A DNA stretch of 64,000 nt from a virus (Duplodnaviria; Caudoviricetes): the IMG/VR virus record IMGVR_UViG_3300005605_000002, positions 844 to 64,843 of that record. The stretch is one strand, 5' to 3'. Both the position numbers and the translations under genes were made by a program. The notes beneath the pieces are model-generated. The model saw nothing but the letters and a program-made list of their open reading frames with translations. It did not search any database and was not told the DNA's origin. This document shows, piece after piece, positions 28,610-38,555 of this stretch (positions within the stretch are counted from its first letter, which is position 1; each line of letters starts with the position of its first letter).

Positions 28610-28612
28610 TAT
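28587..28612. repeat. inverted repeat at convergent gene overlap (possible bidirectional terminator)
   Basis: ATATTACGAA-ATATAC-TTCGTAATAT. Confidence 0.75.
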
Positions 28613-29588
28613 GAGTATCAGGTAAACAATTACAAACCTTAAATGGACATTTAATTGGTTTTAAATCAAATGATTTTTCTTCAAATTCTTCTTTAAATGT
28701 TTCTGAAAAAATGTTAATTTTTGCATCTTTAAAAATATTTGCATTACATGATCCTGTAACAGTACCATCATATACTATAACTAAATTTTCTATAGGTACA
28801 TGACAAGTCCAATCATTAAAATAATTCCATTTGTTATGAATATAATCTTCAGACTTCATAGTTGTTGCAGTACCATCATTAAATAAAGCAACACTTTGAA
28901 ATACATTAAAATCATCAATATGTTTTAATATGTACTTTGGGTCTGGAACTCTTTTAATAGTATTTGCAACATAGTCTATTTGTTCTTGAGTATAAGAGTT
29001 AATATCTTTACCTGGGAATTGAACAATGCTTTTAGCTTCAATAATCCAAGGTTGTTTACTAGTTTTCATCTTCTCTACAATAGCAACGCACTTATCCCAA
29101 TGCTCACAATCCATTAACATTAATGCCCCAATATTTAAATCACATTCATATAAAAAATCACCTACTTTCATAAAATGATCTATATCTATAAATTCATGAT
29201 GGGCACTTAACGTTGCTCTATCTAAGTATTCAACATTTTGGTCCCACCATCTTAAAGTTCTAGAAGCATTAGTTGTTACTTTAAGTCGAACATTATGTTC
29301 TTTTTTAATTTCTCTACAAAATGTATTAAAATGCGGCCATAACGTTGGCTCACCGCCACCTACTAAACACAACCAAAATTCTGTTTTATTAAATTTTTTA
29401 GTATAAACATCAAACAATGTTCTGAAATTGTTTATTACAGTATCAATATTTTTAGGATACCTATGTATTCCAGGATGAGAATCAGGAAAACAATATGTAC
29501 AATCATAATCACAAATATCAGTTGGCCAGAATCTAATATCTAAAACATTAGAAGGTTGTGTTGAAACTATTCTATTAAGTTGTTTCAT
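28590..29588 (-). CDS. radical SAM protein with C-terminal Cys cluster
   Basis: CDYDCTYC, GGGEP, WTC..SC..CPFKVCNCLPD. Confidence 0.9.
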   Translation of the reverse strand: MKQLNRIVSTQPSNVLDIRFWPTDICDYDCTYCFPDSHPGIHRYPKNIDTVINNFRTLFDVYTKKFNKTEFWLCLVGGGEPTLWPHFNTFCREIKKEHNVRLKVTTNASRTLRWWDQNVEYLDRATLSAHHEFIDIDHFMKVGDFLYECDLNIGALMLMDCEHWDKCVAIVEKMKTSKQPWIIEAKSIVQFPGKDINSYTQEQIDYVANTIKRVPDPKYILKHIDDFNVFQSVALFNDGTATTMKSEDYIHNKWNYFNDWTCHVPIENLVIVYDGTVTGSCNANIFKDAKINIFSETFKEEFEEKSFDLKPIKCPFKVCNCLPDTHITKYIS

Positions 29589-31006
29589 AATAAATGTGCT
29601 ATCTCTGGAAAAATATTAGACGCCTTTAATCCTCTAATGGCATCTAGTTTGTTGACATACTCTTTAAAGCCCGGAAGTAAATGACTATTGTCCTTTGCAT
29701 CCATATGATCCATTACTGCTTCCCAACGTTTCCAACCATAAGGATTAATTTTCCAATACTCGTCATCTTGTCTATAATTAGTAAACAACCAATCTTTAAA
29801 TTCTAAATAACGTTCTCTAACTTCTTGCTTATCTTCTTTGGGTAATATTTGTATACTTAAAAATGTAGGAATATACAGTAAATGCATATTAACTAATCCA
29901 CCACCCATTTGTACACCACCTGGAACTGTACCTACATTAAGTTTTTTAAATTTAGATTCTACTTTCCATTTCATAAAATCAGGTAAGTGCTTTACATTAA
30001 AAATTTGTATAGCAGTAGCTAAACTTGTTTGTATATTGTCTGGCGTATTATCTAGCATATGAAGATTCTTTTCTACAGTTGCCCAATCTGTAGGAAAACG
30101 TATATATTCATCACGTTGAAAACAAGCGTCCATGCTAACTGCAAATTTAACTTTCTTAAACTTACTCCATAACTCAATTAAATCTTCGTCTACTAAAATA
30201 CCATTTGAATTATAACGTAACAATATCTTATCTTGATAGCCTTGGCGTATAATTTCTTCAATAAATGTTTTATGTTCTCTAATCATTAAAGGTTCACCAC
30301 CAGCAAAATACACTTGCTTTAAGTTAGGAATTTGCTTATTCATTTCCTCCCAAAACGTTTCCTTCTCATGCCACTTATTATTAAATTCTGATTTGTCCCA
30401 CGCCATTTGTCTTTTAACTTCTGGATTATCTAGTTGTGGAACTAATTGTTTCCAGTCTTTAACCCATTGACTAGAATCATGTGGACTACACATTACGCAT
30501 TTAACGTTACACGTATGACCTAAACGCAAATCTAAATATACTAGTTCTTCCGGAATTGTACCATCTTCTTGTGTTTGTTTAATTAATTCAGGAATATCTA
30601 CTCCATCTTTATACCATGTACCTGTTTCCCAAATACGTTTACTAACAACACCTATTTTTTCTTCTTGAAAACATTTAGTACAACTAGCAGGAATTTGTTT
30701 ATTAAGCATTGTAGTTCGTACAGACTTCATATAGTCATTATTCCATGCTTCCATTGGAGTTTCACGACCAAAGTTTGCAGGTTTACCATGTTCCATTTTT
30801 ACTAATCCTACTTCATGATCACCAGTAGCCGCTCCGCTGGCATTAGCACTACAACATAAACGCATATCTCCATTTGGTCTTGTGGCAAAATGTATCCATG
30901 GTAAAACACAGAAGGTAGGAGATTTAGAAACGTCTTCTAATTCACGTTGCCATTTTCCTAACTGCGAGTCTGCAGGGTTATACCAATATTCGTTACTGTC
31001 TGTCAT
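29585..31006 (-). CDS. radical SAM protein with N-terminal Twitch/SPASM-like domain
   Basis: FCVLPW..LCC..CTKC, CNVKCVMC, AGGEP. Confidence 0.9.
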   Translation of the reverse strand: MTDSNEYWYNPADSQLGKWQRELEDVSKSPTFCVLPWIHFATRPNGDMRLCCSANASGAATGDHEVGLVKMEHGKPANFGRETPMEAWNNDYMKSVRTTMLNKQIPASCTKCFQEEKIGVVSKRIWETGTWYKDGVDIPELIKQTQEDGTIPEELVYLDLRLGHTCNVKCVMCSPHDSSQWVKDWKQLVPQLDNPEVKRQMAWDKSEFNNKWHEKETFWEEMNKQIPNLKQVYFAGGEPLMIREHKTFIEEIIRQGYQDKILLRYNSNGILVDEDLIELWSKFKKVKFAVSMDACFQRDEYIRFPTDWATVEKNLHMLDNTPDNIQTSLATAIQIFNVKHLPDFMKWKVESKFKKLNVGTVPGGVQMGGGLVNMHLLYIPTFLSIQILPKEDKQEVRERYLEFKDWLFTNYRQDDEYWKINPYGWKRWEAVMDHMDAKDNSHLLPGFKEYVNKLDAIRGLKASNIFPEIAHLL

Positions 31007-31611
31007 TTTTTTCTACCTATAATCATATATCTATCATACTTAGGTAACTCTAATGTACCTGAATAAAACTCTTTACTAATATTTGATTTCCATTTAAAAT
31101 CTAATAAATTCTCTGAACAATTAATATGCTCAGGATGGGATGAGAAATTATTACTTTGTACAACTACCCATGTATCAGTTGGAACTTTGTTTAACCAAGT
31201 ATTATACTGTTCTTGTGTAATATGTTCACAACTTGTATTAATAACAATTTGTGGATCTTCTGTATATTCATAATTACACATATTTTCTGTAACTGCATCA
31301 AATTTTCCATCTATTTCATACTTTTTATTCATGCTTAATGCTATGTCCTTACACGCAGGGTCAATATCAACAGATCTAATATGTCGTACACCAAGTTCGC
31401 TATTAAAAAGCATTGTAGCCAAAATTCCATGCCAGCCTCCAAAGATAACTATTTTACTAGCTTCAGCATGAGTAACTTTAGGAAGTTCTTCACATAACCA
31501 CTTCTTACTCTCAAGCTGTCCATGCCAGAAACTTTCTAACAAACGTTTATGATCGTTTGCATCTCTAATTGCATCTACCCAATAAGCTATATCATCAATA
31601 TCAATTTTCAT
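31003..31611 (-). CDS. class I SAM-dependent methyltransferase-like protein
   Basis: VIFGGWHG, SVDID, INTSCEH. Confidence 0.7.
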   Translation of the reverse strand: MKIDIDDIAYWVDAIRDANDHKRLLESFWHGQLESKKWLCEELPKVTHAEASKIVIFGGWHGILATMLFNSELGVRHIRSVDIDPACKDIALSMNKKYEIDGKFDAVTENMCNYEYTEDPQIVINTSCEHITQEQYNTWLNKVPTDTWVVVQSNNFSSHPEHINCSENLLDFKWKSNISKEFYSGTLELPKYDRYMIIGRKK

Positions 31612-32569
31612 AAACTAACTCTTTTGGTATTTTACTATCTGCACTACTTACGCAAGTTGGGGTAATACAAACTTTGCGTTCTTTAAATAAAGTAAACCCT
31701 GTATCAATAGTACCTAATGGTTCATCATGACAGCTATAAGCACGTTTAATTTCGCCGCCTGGTTCACGAATAATACAACTTTGATATCCTGCATTACACA
31801 TCCAGCCTTTAAATTTATTAAACTGATGAGCATTCAGTCTTTCTGCTTGGTCTAATTTATATTCTATGCCTTTTTTATCAAATAACGCTATTTGGCTTAT
31901 TTCTTGTTCCATCTCATTTTGTAATATTTCTAATTGAGCTTCACTATAACCATCAACTACTGCACTTGCTATATCATTACTTTGTGGTTTAAGAGTAACA
32001 TGTAAGCCTTGGTCTTTAAAACGTTGAGCTCTTCCATAATATTCATCAAATCTATCTGGAACCATAACTTGATTAATTGTAACTAATACTCCATGCTCTT
32101 GTAAAAAGGTAAGTTTGCCTGCAAATTCTTTTTCATTAGAAAATTCTGCATGATAACTTGCTGTTATACTTTTACGATCTAATTTCTCTGTTGCTGTTAA
32201 CCATTTGTTCCACCAATTAAATCCTGGACTAGCATTAGTAGTCATGTGTACACTAAGATAGTTACTAACAGGTTCTTGGTACGCTTTAATTAAATCTATT
32301 AACCCTTTATATGCAGTTGGTTCGCCACCACTAAAACTAAAATGAAACTTATCAAAGCCGTGGGCCCTTGCTTGACTTTTAATTTCATCCATTGTACGAA
32401 TATATTCTAATAAAGGTCTATGATCTACTGTTTTACTTTTAGCATACGGCCAACAATAACTACAATCATAGTTACAAAATCTACCTAAGATCCAACTAAC
32501 CGAAAAAACATTGTTTTCTAGCATTGTTCGTTGTCCTAATTTGACTATATTTTCAAATGGTATTGTCAT
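31601..32569 (-). CDS. radical SAM protein with C-terminal Cys cluster
   Basis: CNYDCSYC, SGGEP, WMCNAG..SC..CITPTCVSSAD. Confidence 0.9.
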   Translation of the reverse strand: MTIPFENIVKLGQRTMLENNVFSVSWILGRFCNYDCSYCWPYAKSKTVDHRPLLEYIRTMDEIKSQARAHGFDKFHFSFSGGEPTAYKGLIDLIKAYQEPVSNYLSVHMTTNASPGFNWWNKWLTATEKLDRKSITASYHAEFSNEKEFAGKLTFLQEHGVLVTINQVMVPDRFDEYYGRAQRFKDQGLHVTLKPQSNDIASAVVDGYSEAQLEILQNEMEQEISQIALFDKKGIEYKLDQAERLNAHQFNKFKGWMCNAGYQSCIIREPGGEIKRAYSCHDEPLGTIDTGFTLFKERKVCITPTCVSSADSKIPKELVYEN

Positions 32570-33639
32570 GATATATTCTTTGTTGTATTAAAGATTGTTT
32601 TAGAACACGCTTTGACACAGGTCATACACTTATTATCACCATGCCAATAATTTCCCATGTGTTCCCATAGTATAATATCTTTACTAAGAATACCATCTTT
32701 ACAATTTGGTACACCTATATCTTTTAACATATCTTTTGTATTTTGTACTGTTAAATTCCTTAACGTATGAATAGGCAACGTTTCTTTTAATGGTTCTTCT
32801 AAATAGTCACTACCTATTAAACAACAAGAAAGTATATTTCCACATGGGTCAACATATATACCTTGGTCTTCCATACACTTTGGTTTAATACTAGCTTTAC
32901 TAATTACTTCATATCTAACATCATCATCTAATAAACTATCTAATGCTTTATTTGGTACTTTTTTATATTCTGATCGTGTAGCAGGTTCAAGATCATATTC
33001 ATAATTTCCATCTAAATCTTGAACTGCAAATTTATCTAAGTCATAAAATCTTGCAGTACTAACAAAATTTACTTTTTGCACTCCTTTTCCTAATAAAAAA
33101 TATTCAAGTGTTTCAATATCATCTTCGTTATGTTTAAAAACTAAACTATCTACTCTTGCTACTCCTCCAGCTTTAATAAATGCTTCCATATTATCAATAA
33201 CTTTTGAAAACTTTGTATTCCTTCTATATAGTTCGTGCTTCCCTTCAAACCCATCTATGCCAAATACAACATTACTATTACTAACTGAACCTATTACAGG
33301 AGCAAGTTTGCTCCACCATTCTTCATTACGCATACCACCATTAGTATGAAGTGCTAATCTACAAGTAGGATTTGCATCTCTTACATACTGAAAAATTTCT
33401 AAACAATCTTGTGCAAATGCAGGATCGCCATAATTTCCACAACTGTAAAAATTTGTTAACTGAGCTAAAAATTCTTTCGGAAACCATTCCTTAAACTGAG
33501 CTATGCTTATATCACCATTACGAATAAATGGACGAGGTGCTCCGCCATTAAAATTTCTTGCACACATTGGACATTGAGCTTGACACTTATCAGTCAATTC
33601 AATATGAACAGATTTTATATCAACAATTTTCTGCATCAA
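32566..33639 (-). CDS. radical SAM protein with C-terminal SPASM/Twitch domain
   Basis: CQAQCPMC, CGNYGDP, TNGG, KC..SCC..CMTCVKAC. Confidence 0.9.
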   Translation of the reverse strand: MMQKIVDIKSVHIELTDKCQAQCPMCARNFNGGAPRPFIRNGDISIAQFKEWFPKEFLAQLTNFYSCGNYGDPAFAQDCLEIFQYVRDANPTCRLALHTNGGMRNEEWWSKLAPVIGSVSNSNVVFGIDGFEGKHELYRRNTKFSKVIDNMEAFIKAGGVARVDSLVFKHNEDDIETLEYFLLGKGVQKVNFVSTARFYDLDKFAVQDLDGNYEYDLEPATRSEYKKVPNKALDSLLDDDVRYEVISKASIKPKCMEDQGIYVDPCGNILSCCLIGSDYLEEPLKETLPIHTLRNLTVQNTKDMLKDIGVPNCKDGILSKDIILWEHMGNYWHGDNKCMTCVKACSKTIFNTTKNIS

Positions 33640-34303
33640 ATTTTTCTTTTAGCCAGGCATAGTCATTAATTTTAAATAATACTTCAGTATTTCCTTTAAA
33701 TGCTTCGCCATAAAATTTACCTGCACGAGCACCTGCCATAGCATAATCTCCATTAGGTTTTCCCATTCCTTCATTACACCATACCATTAATCGCATTTCT
33801 GTTTCTTCGTCTATTTGGCCTCTAATAATTTTACTTGACAATTTAACACATTCACGAAATGCACTTTTCCATGTATTAAAAGGATCTGTATTAAATGCTG
33901 TAACATTACTAATTTCTTCATGTGCAAAAAACTTATCACTAATACTAGTTGTCATGTCTAAATTAGTAACATCCATATCTATTGTAAGTTGTCTTGGTAA
34001 TAATTTTACGCCACCATAACCATATTCTAAAAAGTTTATAGGATTTTGACAACGCCATACATGAACAGCATCTAAATCCCATTCAGACGCAATATAATCA
34101 AATTTAAAATCATCTTTTAGTCTAGCATCACCATCTACTACCCAAAACATTTTTGTAAAGCATTTTTTAGCCGCGGCTATATGGGCTTGGTGTATACCTT
34201 TTACCCCATGAACACGTTTAGCCATTGGAAATCGTGCTTTTAACTCTGCATAAACTTCATCTGCATTTGGTTCTTCGTAACTTATAAAAACAATATCATA
34301 CAT
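33620..34303 (-). CDS. GT-A fold glycosyltransferase-like protein
   Basis: ISYEEPNA..HGVKG..VVDGD (DxD); paralog of 41379-42278. Confidence 0.65.
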   Translation of the reverse strand: MYDIVFISYEEPNADEVYAELKARFPMAKRVHGVKGIHQAHIAAAKKCFTKMFWVVDGDARLKDDFKFDYIASEWDLDAVHVWRCQNPINFLEYGYGGVKLLPRQLTIDMDVTNLDMTTSISDKFFAHEEISNVTAFNTDPFNTWKSAFRECVKLSSKIIRGQIDEETEMRLMVWCNEGMGKPNGDYAMAGARAGKFYGEAFKGNTEVLFKINDYAWLKEKFDAENC

Positions 34304-35126
34304 AAGGCTCTATCTCTTCTGCTAGTTTTTTATGAAGTATCCTACCTGGATGGCCGTTATCTGGAAAATCATCAGACAATGCCATATAATTTATAACTTC
34401 TTCGTATTTGTTAACTTCCTTTTTAAATTCGTCTGTATCAGCTAGATCCGATCTTAACTCTTTAATAGCGTTAATAGAACCCCAAGATGTAAGTAATGGT
34501 ATTTGTTTACCTAATATTTTTTGTAACCAACCTTTATGAATATGTTTAATAAAAGTATAGTTACTTTCTAAGCCGTATGTTTCGCCCCAGCCTTCTATTA
34601 AAATAAAAGGAATTTTTAATTCATTATATATTTCTTGTGCGGCATCAAATGCAATCTTCATAAGTACCCGGTTTAATTCAGCAATAGATTTACATTTGTT
34701 AGTTTCATTTAATTTTAAATAATGCTTATCTAAGTCCCATAGTCCGGCGTCATCTGATGTTGTATCTTTCTTGTAATTACGACAAGGTTCTGTTAACATC
34801 CATATAATAACATCAGGTGTATAAAAAGTAGGTGCTGTAAAAGGTGGTGCTAATCCTAATGCTTCTTCACTTCTAAAAATTGCTTCAAAATTGCCTGCAC
34901 CTCCAAAACTATAATTACAAGTGGCATGACCTTTTAAATCTAAAAAGTATCCGAAGCCTGGATAAACTAATTGAAATGGTTTAGGCGAGTCTCCTTCTAA
35001 ATACTTGTCTTGGTTATACGGTCTAAAAATAGTATTATCATTGTTGTTAGCAACTCCGGGCCCCGGAGTAATTTGTCCCCATTCTCCTAATCCGTTGCTA
35101 TCGCCAATTATTAATATTTTTTTCAT
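34296..35126 (-). CDS. SGNH/GDSL-like protein
   Basis: IIGDS, GGAGN, DNGHP. Confidence 0.6.
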   Translation of the reverse strand: MKKILIIGDSNGLGEWGQITPGPGVANNNDNTIFRPYNQDKYLEGDSPKPFQLVYPGFGYFLDLKGHATCNYSFGGAGNFEAIFRSEEALGLAPPFTAPTFYTPDVIIWMLTEPCRNYKKDTTSDDAGLWDLDKHYLKLNETNKCKSIAELNRVLMKIAFDAAQEIYNELKIPFILIEGWGETYGLESNYTFIKHIHKGWLQKILGKQIPLLTSWGSINAIKELRSDLADTDEFKKEVNKYEEVINYMALSDDFPDNGHPGRILHKKLAEEIEPYV

Positions 35127-36295
35127 CTTGTATTTCCGTAATAAATCACCTTATGCTTACTAGATTTATATTGCCTCCATGGATCAACCACTATGCTATC
35201 ATCATTAAGTTTACAGTATAACTCTGGATGAGCTAATAATACTATTGCACTAAATGGTCCTGTATCAGGACTAACTAAAGGATCAACCTGCATACAAGCA
35301 TAATCTATTTCTGCACAATAATATCCCACTAGTAAACTATAACTTCCATCTATATATGGCACTCCTGGTTTATAACTAACTCCATTTAATAATATTGGTA
35401 AATCATTTTCGTGTGCTAGATTAACCAAACGTTTAGCCATGTTCTTGGCCTGTACTTCTCTAGCCTTTATTATAGCATCAAATAGATCATATTGCAAGTC
35501 TAATTTTTGAGCCAAAAAGCGTAATGCAATGTTATCTCTTGGATGGCATCCTCCGCCATCGCCCAATCCTGCTGTTAGATATTTTGAACTAATAATTCGA
35601 TTTGTACTTTTTGAAAGAGCGTTAGTGACAACATCGACATTAATATTTCCTTGCTTTTCTGCAACATCTTGAATCATATTAACAAATCCAATTTTCATAC
35701 TAATAAATGTGTTATAAAAAACCTTAATACATTCACACTCATCCCAAGTACCTATTTCATATCTTGGCTTATTTTCCATTATTGTTTTATAAAATGTTAC
35801 TAATTGTTGTGCATCAGTAGTAGACTTTCCGTCTTCAGTTCCGATAATTACCATTTCAGGATTTACCATATCCCAAGCTACAGTACCCATAGCAATAAAA
35901 TAAGGATTATATACAAAGCGAGTATTACTAATTAATGGTACAAAATGATGGCGGGTTGTTCCTGGTAAAACAGTACTAATAAGAACTAGTAGTTGTTTCT
36001 TATTCATATAAACGTTAGCTTCTCTTAACACATCAATAACAATTTCGTAATTAAAATCTTTAGGTTCTAAATGTGCTGAAGGTGTCCTACCATCATAGTC
36101 AGGATGATGTGGCGTCGGTACTGAAACAAAAACAATATCTCTATCTTCAACTACTTCTTTAATGGTTTTTTTAATTTTTATAACTTCTGATTCTATATTA
36201 ATAACATCATATCCTGTTACGTCATGGCCTTTTTCACCGACGATTTCGGCACATGGTAACCCTAGTTTTCCTAACCCTATAAACCCTATCTTCAC
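35123..36295 (-). CDS. UDP-glucose/GDP-mannose dehydrogenase family protein
   Basis: GLGKLG, VPTP, STVLPGT, K.FYNTF, GGGCHPRD, SYKPG; GTG start at 36295 after GGAGG. Confidence 0.9.
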   Translation of the reverse strand: MKIGFIGLGKLGLPCAEIVGEKGHDVTGYDVINIESEVIKIKKTIKEVVEDRDIVFVSVPTPHHPDYDGRTPSAHLEPKDFNYEIVIDVLREANVYMNKKQLLVLISTVLPGTTRHHFVPLISNTRFVYNPYFIAMGTVAWDMVNPEMVIIGTEDGKSTTDAQQLVTFYKTIMENKPRYEIGTWDECECIKVFYNTFISMKIGFVNMIQDVAEKQGNINVDVVTNALSKSTNRIISSKYLTAGLGDGGGCHPRDNIALRFLAQKLDLQYDLFDAIIKAREVQAKNMAKRLVNLAHENDLPILLNGVSYKPGVPYIDGSYSLLVGYYCAEIDYACMQVDPLVSPDTGPFSAIVLLAHPELYCKLNDDSIVVDPWRQYKSSKHKVIYYGNTR

Positions 36296-36310
36296 ATGAA
36301 CCTCCAATCA

Positions 36311-36342
36311 TTATATGCGTATATAAATACTACTAATATTTA
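36311..36342. promoter_or_regulatory. divergent late-like promoter region
   Basis: TATAAATA on + (36322-36329), TAAATA on - (36337-36342), near-palindrome TTATATGCGTATATAA (36311-36326). Confidence 0.6.
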
Positions 36343-36357
36343 TGGCGATTTTTATAT

Positions 36358-37632
36358 ATGATTCCAGTAACTGACTACATCAAAAGAAACGTATACGTAC
36401 GAAAAGTCCAAAGTTCTCTAGCCTCACAAAAGTTTTTACAAGCATTCAAAGACCTTAATCTAGACGAGTCAAACTTATGCTTGTTTCATGTATTGATAAA
36501 ATATCCCCAATGGGAAAAGGATGTTGATTTATTTCAATTTATAAGGAAAAAAAATGTAAAACAGTTACGTAAAGATCCAAAAACATTCTTTTTATTTGAT
36601 GCAAGTACTGAAGGATTTAGTACTATATATGGAAATACTCCATTTTATGATGTATTATATCATAACTGTAGAGTGCATAATATATCACCTAAAAAAGTTA
36701 TTCTTATTACATCTAATATGGTTGAAAATAAAAATTTAATTCGATATAACACTTATCATAGTATAAAAGAATCTATTCATGTTGCTAGTTTTCATAACTT
36801 TGAACACATGCTTTTTAATTTAAAAGTAGACACACTACCAGTATCAGGATTAGCTGAAGCTGAGCTTGACACTCGTATTGAAAAAGTTTATCTTAATGCA
36901 GTAAAGAATAGAAAAAGATACTATTACGGTGAAAAACATTTCTTAAGTCTTAGTAGAGTAAATAGACCTCATAGAACATTAAGCGCCTTTGAAATATTTA
37001 ATAGTAACTTATATCAGAACTGTATTTTAAGTCATGATAGGATTAAAAAACCAGAGCACTATTGTCAAGAAACAGAACTAATACGAGGATCAAAAGGGAA
37101 ACTTTCATTTAGGGCTTTAAAAAAGTTTAATCGGCACTTACCATTAATTGCAGATACTAACGATTTTAAAACTAATCATGCTATGAGTTTAAGTTCACAT
37201 CTACATTGGTCTACATTATTCCAAGTAATTGGAGAAACACTTGCAGAAGATTGGGATAACACTAGTAGATTCTGGAGTGAAAAAACATTCCGCTCTATAT
37301 TTCATATGCAACCGTTTCTTATTTGGGGACAACCTAATGCTAATAAAAACTTAGAAGACTACGGCTACAAGTTATATGACAAAATGTTTGATTATAGTTT
37401 TGATAGCGAGAGCAATACATATAAGAGATGGACTATGATTAAAGGGGAAATAGAATCTGCTGTAGCTCGCTTAAATAAGATGACTGGGGAAGACAAATTA
37501 TTATGGTGTTTTCAACAACAAGACGTACTTAAACATAACTATAAAATAATGTATCGTGAAGAATATACAAAAGAAGTATTTCAAAAACTTGCATTTACAT
37601 TAGTACAACAATCAAAGGATAATGTTGAATGA
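36358..37632 (+). CDS. hypothetical protein, possibly glycosyltransferase-like
   Basis: FLSLSRVNRPHR and SEKTFRSIFHMQPFLIWG, reminiscent of the GT10-type EK..A/S..P..G nucleotide-sugar motif. Confidence 0.45.
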   Translation: MIPVTDYIKRNVYVRKVQSSLASQKFLQAFKDLNLDESNLCLFHVLIKYPQWEKDVDLFQFIRKKNVKQLRKDPKTFFLFDASTEGFSTIYGNTPFYDVLYHNCRVHNISPKKVILITSNMVENKNLIRYNTYHSIKESIHVASFHNFEHMLFNLKVDTLPVSGLAEAELDTRIEKVYLNAVKNRKRYYYGEKHFLSLSRVNRPHRTLSAFEIFNSNLYQNCILSHDRIKKPEHYCQETELIRGSKGKLSFRALKKFNRHLPLIADTNDFKTNHAMSLSSHLHWSTLFQVIGETLAEDWDNTSRFWSEKTFRSIFHMQPFLIWGQPNANKNLEDYGYKLYDKMFDYSFDSESNTYKRWTMIKGEIESAVARLNKMTGEDKLLWCFQQQDVLKHNYKIMYREEYTKEVFQKLAFTLVQQSKDNVE

Positions 37633-38555
37633 AAAACTTAATTGCATTAAAGGTTAATAGAATTTTTACTTTTGGCTGTAGCTTTACAGACTATGCATGG
37701 GGTACTTGGGCTAATATTTTAGGATATGAATTTCCAGATGCTAAGTTTTATAATTTTGGAAAGTCTGGAGCTGGTAATCATTATATCTTTAATACATTAA
37801 TGCAGGCTGACTCTTCATACAATTTTACACACGAAGACTTAGTAATAGTACAATGGACGAATATAAGTAGAGAAGATAGATTCTTAGATGCTGAGCCTAC
37901 AGCAGATCCTAGTTTTACAGCTGGTGGCCAATGGATTACCCCAGGCAATATTTATAGTCAAGGAACATATGATGAATCATGGGTTAAAAAATACTTTAGT
38001 GAATATGGAGCATTACTTCGAGATTTAGCGTTTATTAAATCAGCTTATGAGATGCTTAGACATAAAACACAATGGCATTTTATACAAATGAATGACCTTG
38101 TTCACTATGTTGATCAATGGGACACAAAAATATCAATTGATCCAAAATATGCTGTTGAAGGTATTCAAGTACAACGAATAGAGCATCTACGAGCAATGTA
38201 CTCTGAAACTATAAACCAACTATTACCTAGTTTTTATGATACACTTTTTAATAATAACTGGGAACAAAAATTTGAAGCTGATAGAAAATTAGTTAATAAG
38301 AATTTCCAAGACGGCCATCCGCACCCATTAGAGCATTATGATTATTTAAAACGTATATTTAAACATAATTGGTCAAAAACAACTAATAAAAAAGTTGGTG
38401 AAATACAACAAAAATGGATTAAGTATATGGATGGTGCTTCACGAACAAATAAGAGATTTAGTCTTTATCAAACGGAAGAACGTTGGCGTCAGATGGTAAG
38501 GAATGAATTAGTTATACGGCCATCTCACGATATTGATTTTAGAATACACCGTTAA
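37629..38555 (+). CDS. SGNH/GDSL-like protein
   Basis: TFGCSFT, GKSGAGN, DGHPHPLEH. Confidence 0.6.
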   Translation: MKNLIALKVNRIFTFGCSFTDYAWGTWANILGYEFPDAKFYNFGKSGAGNHYIFNTLMQADSSYNFTHEDLVIVQWTNISREDRFLDAEPTADPSFTAGGQWITPGNIYSQGTYDESWVKKYFSEYGALLRDLAFIKSAYEMLRHKTQWHFIQMNDLVHYVDQWDTKISIDPKYAVEGIQVQRIEHLRAMYSETINQLLPSFYDTLFNNNWEQKFEADRKLVNKNFQDGHPHPLEHYDYLKRIFKHNWSKTTNKKVGEIQQKWIKYMDGASRTNKRFSLYQTEERWRQMVRNELVIRPSHDIDFRIHR

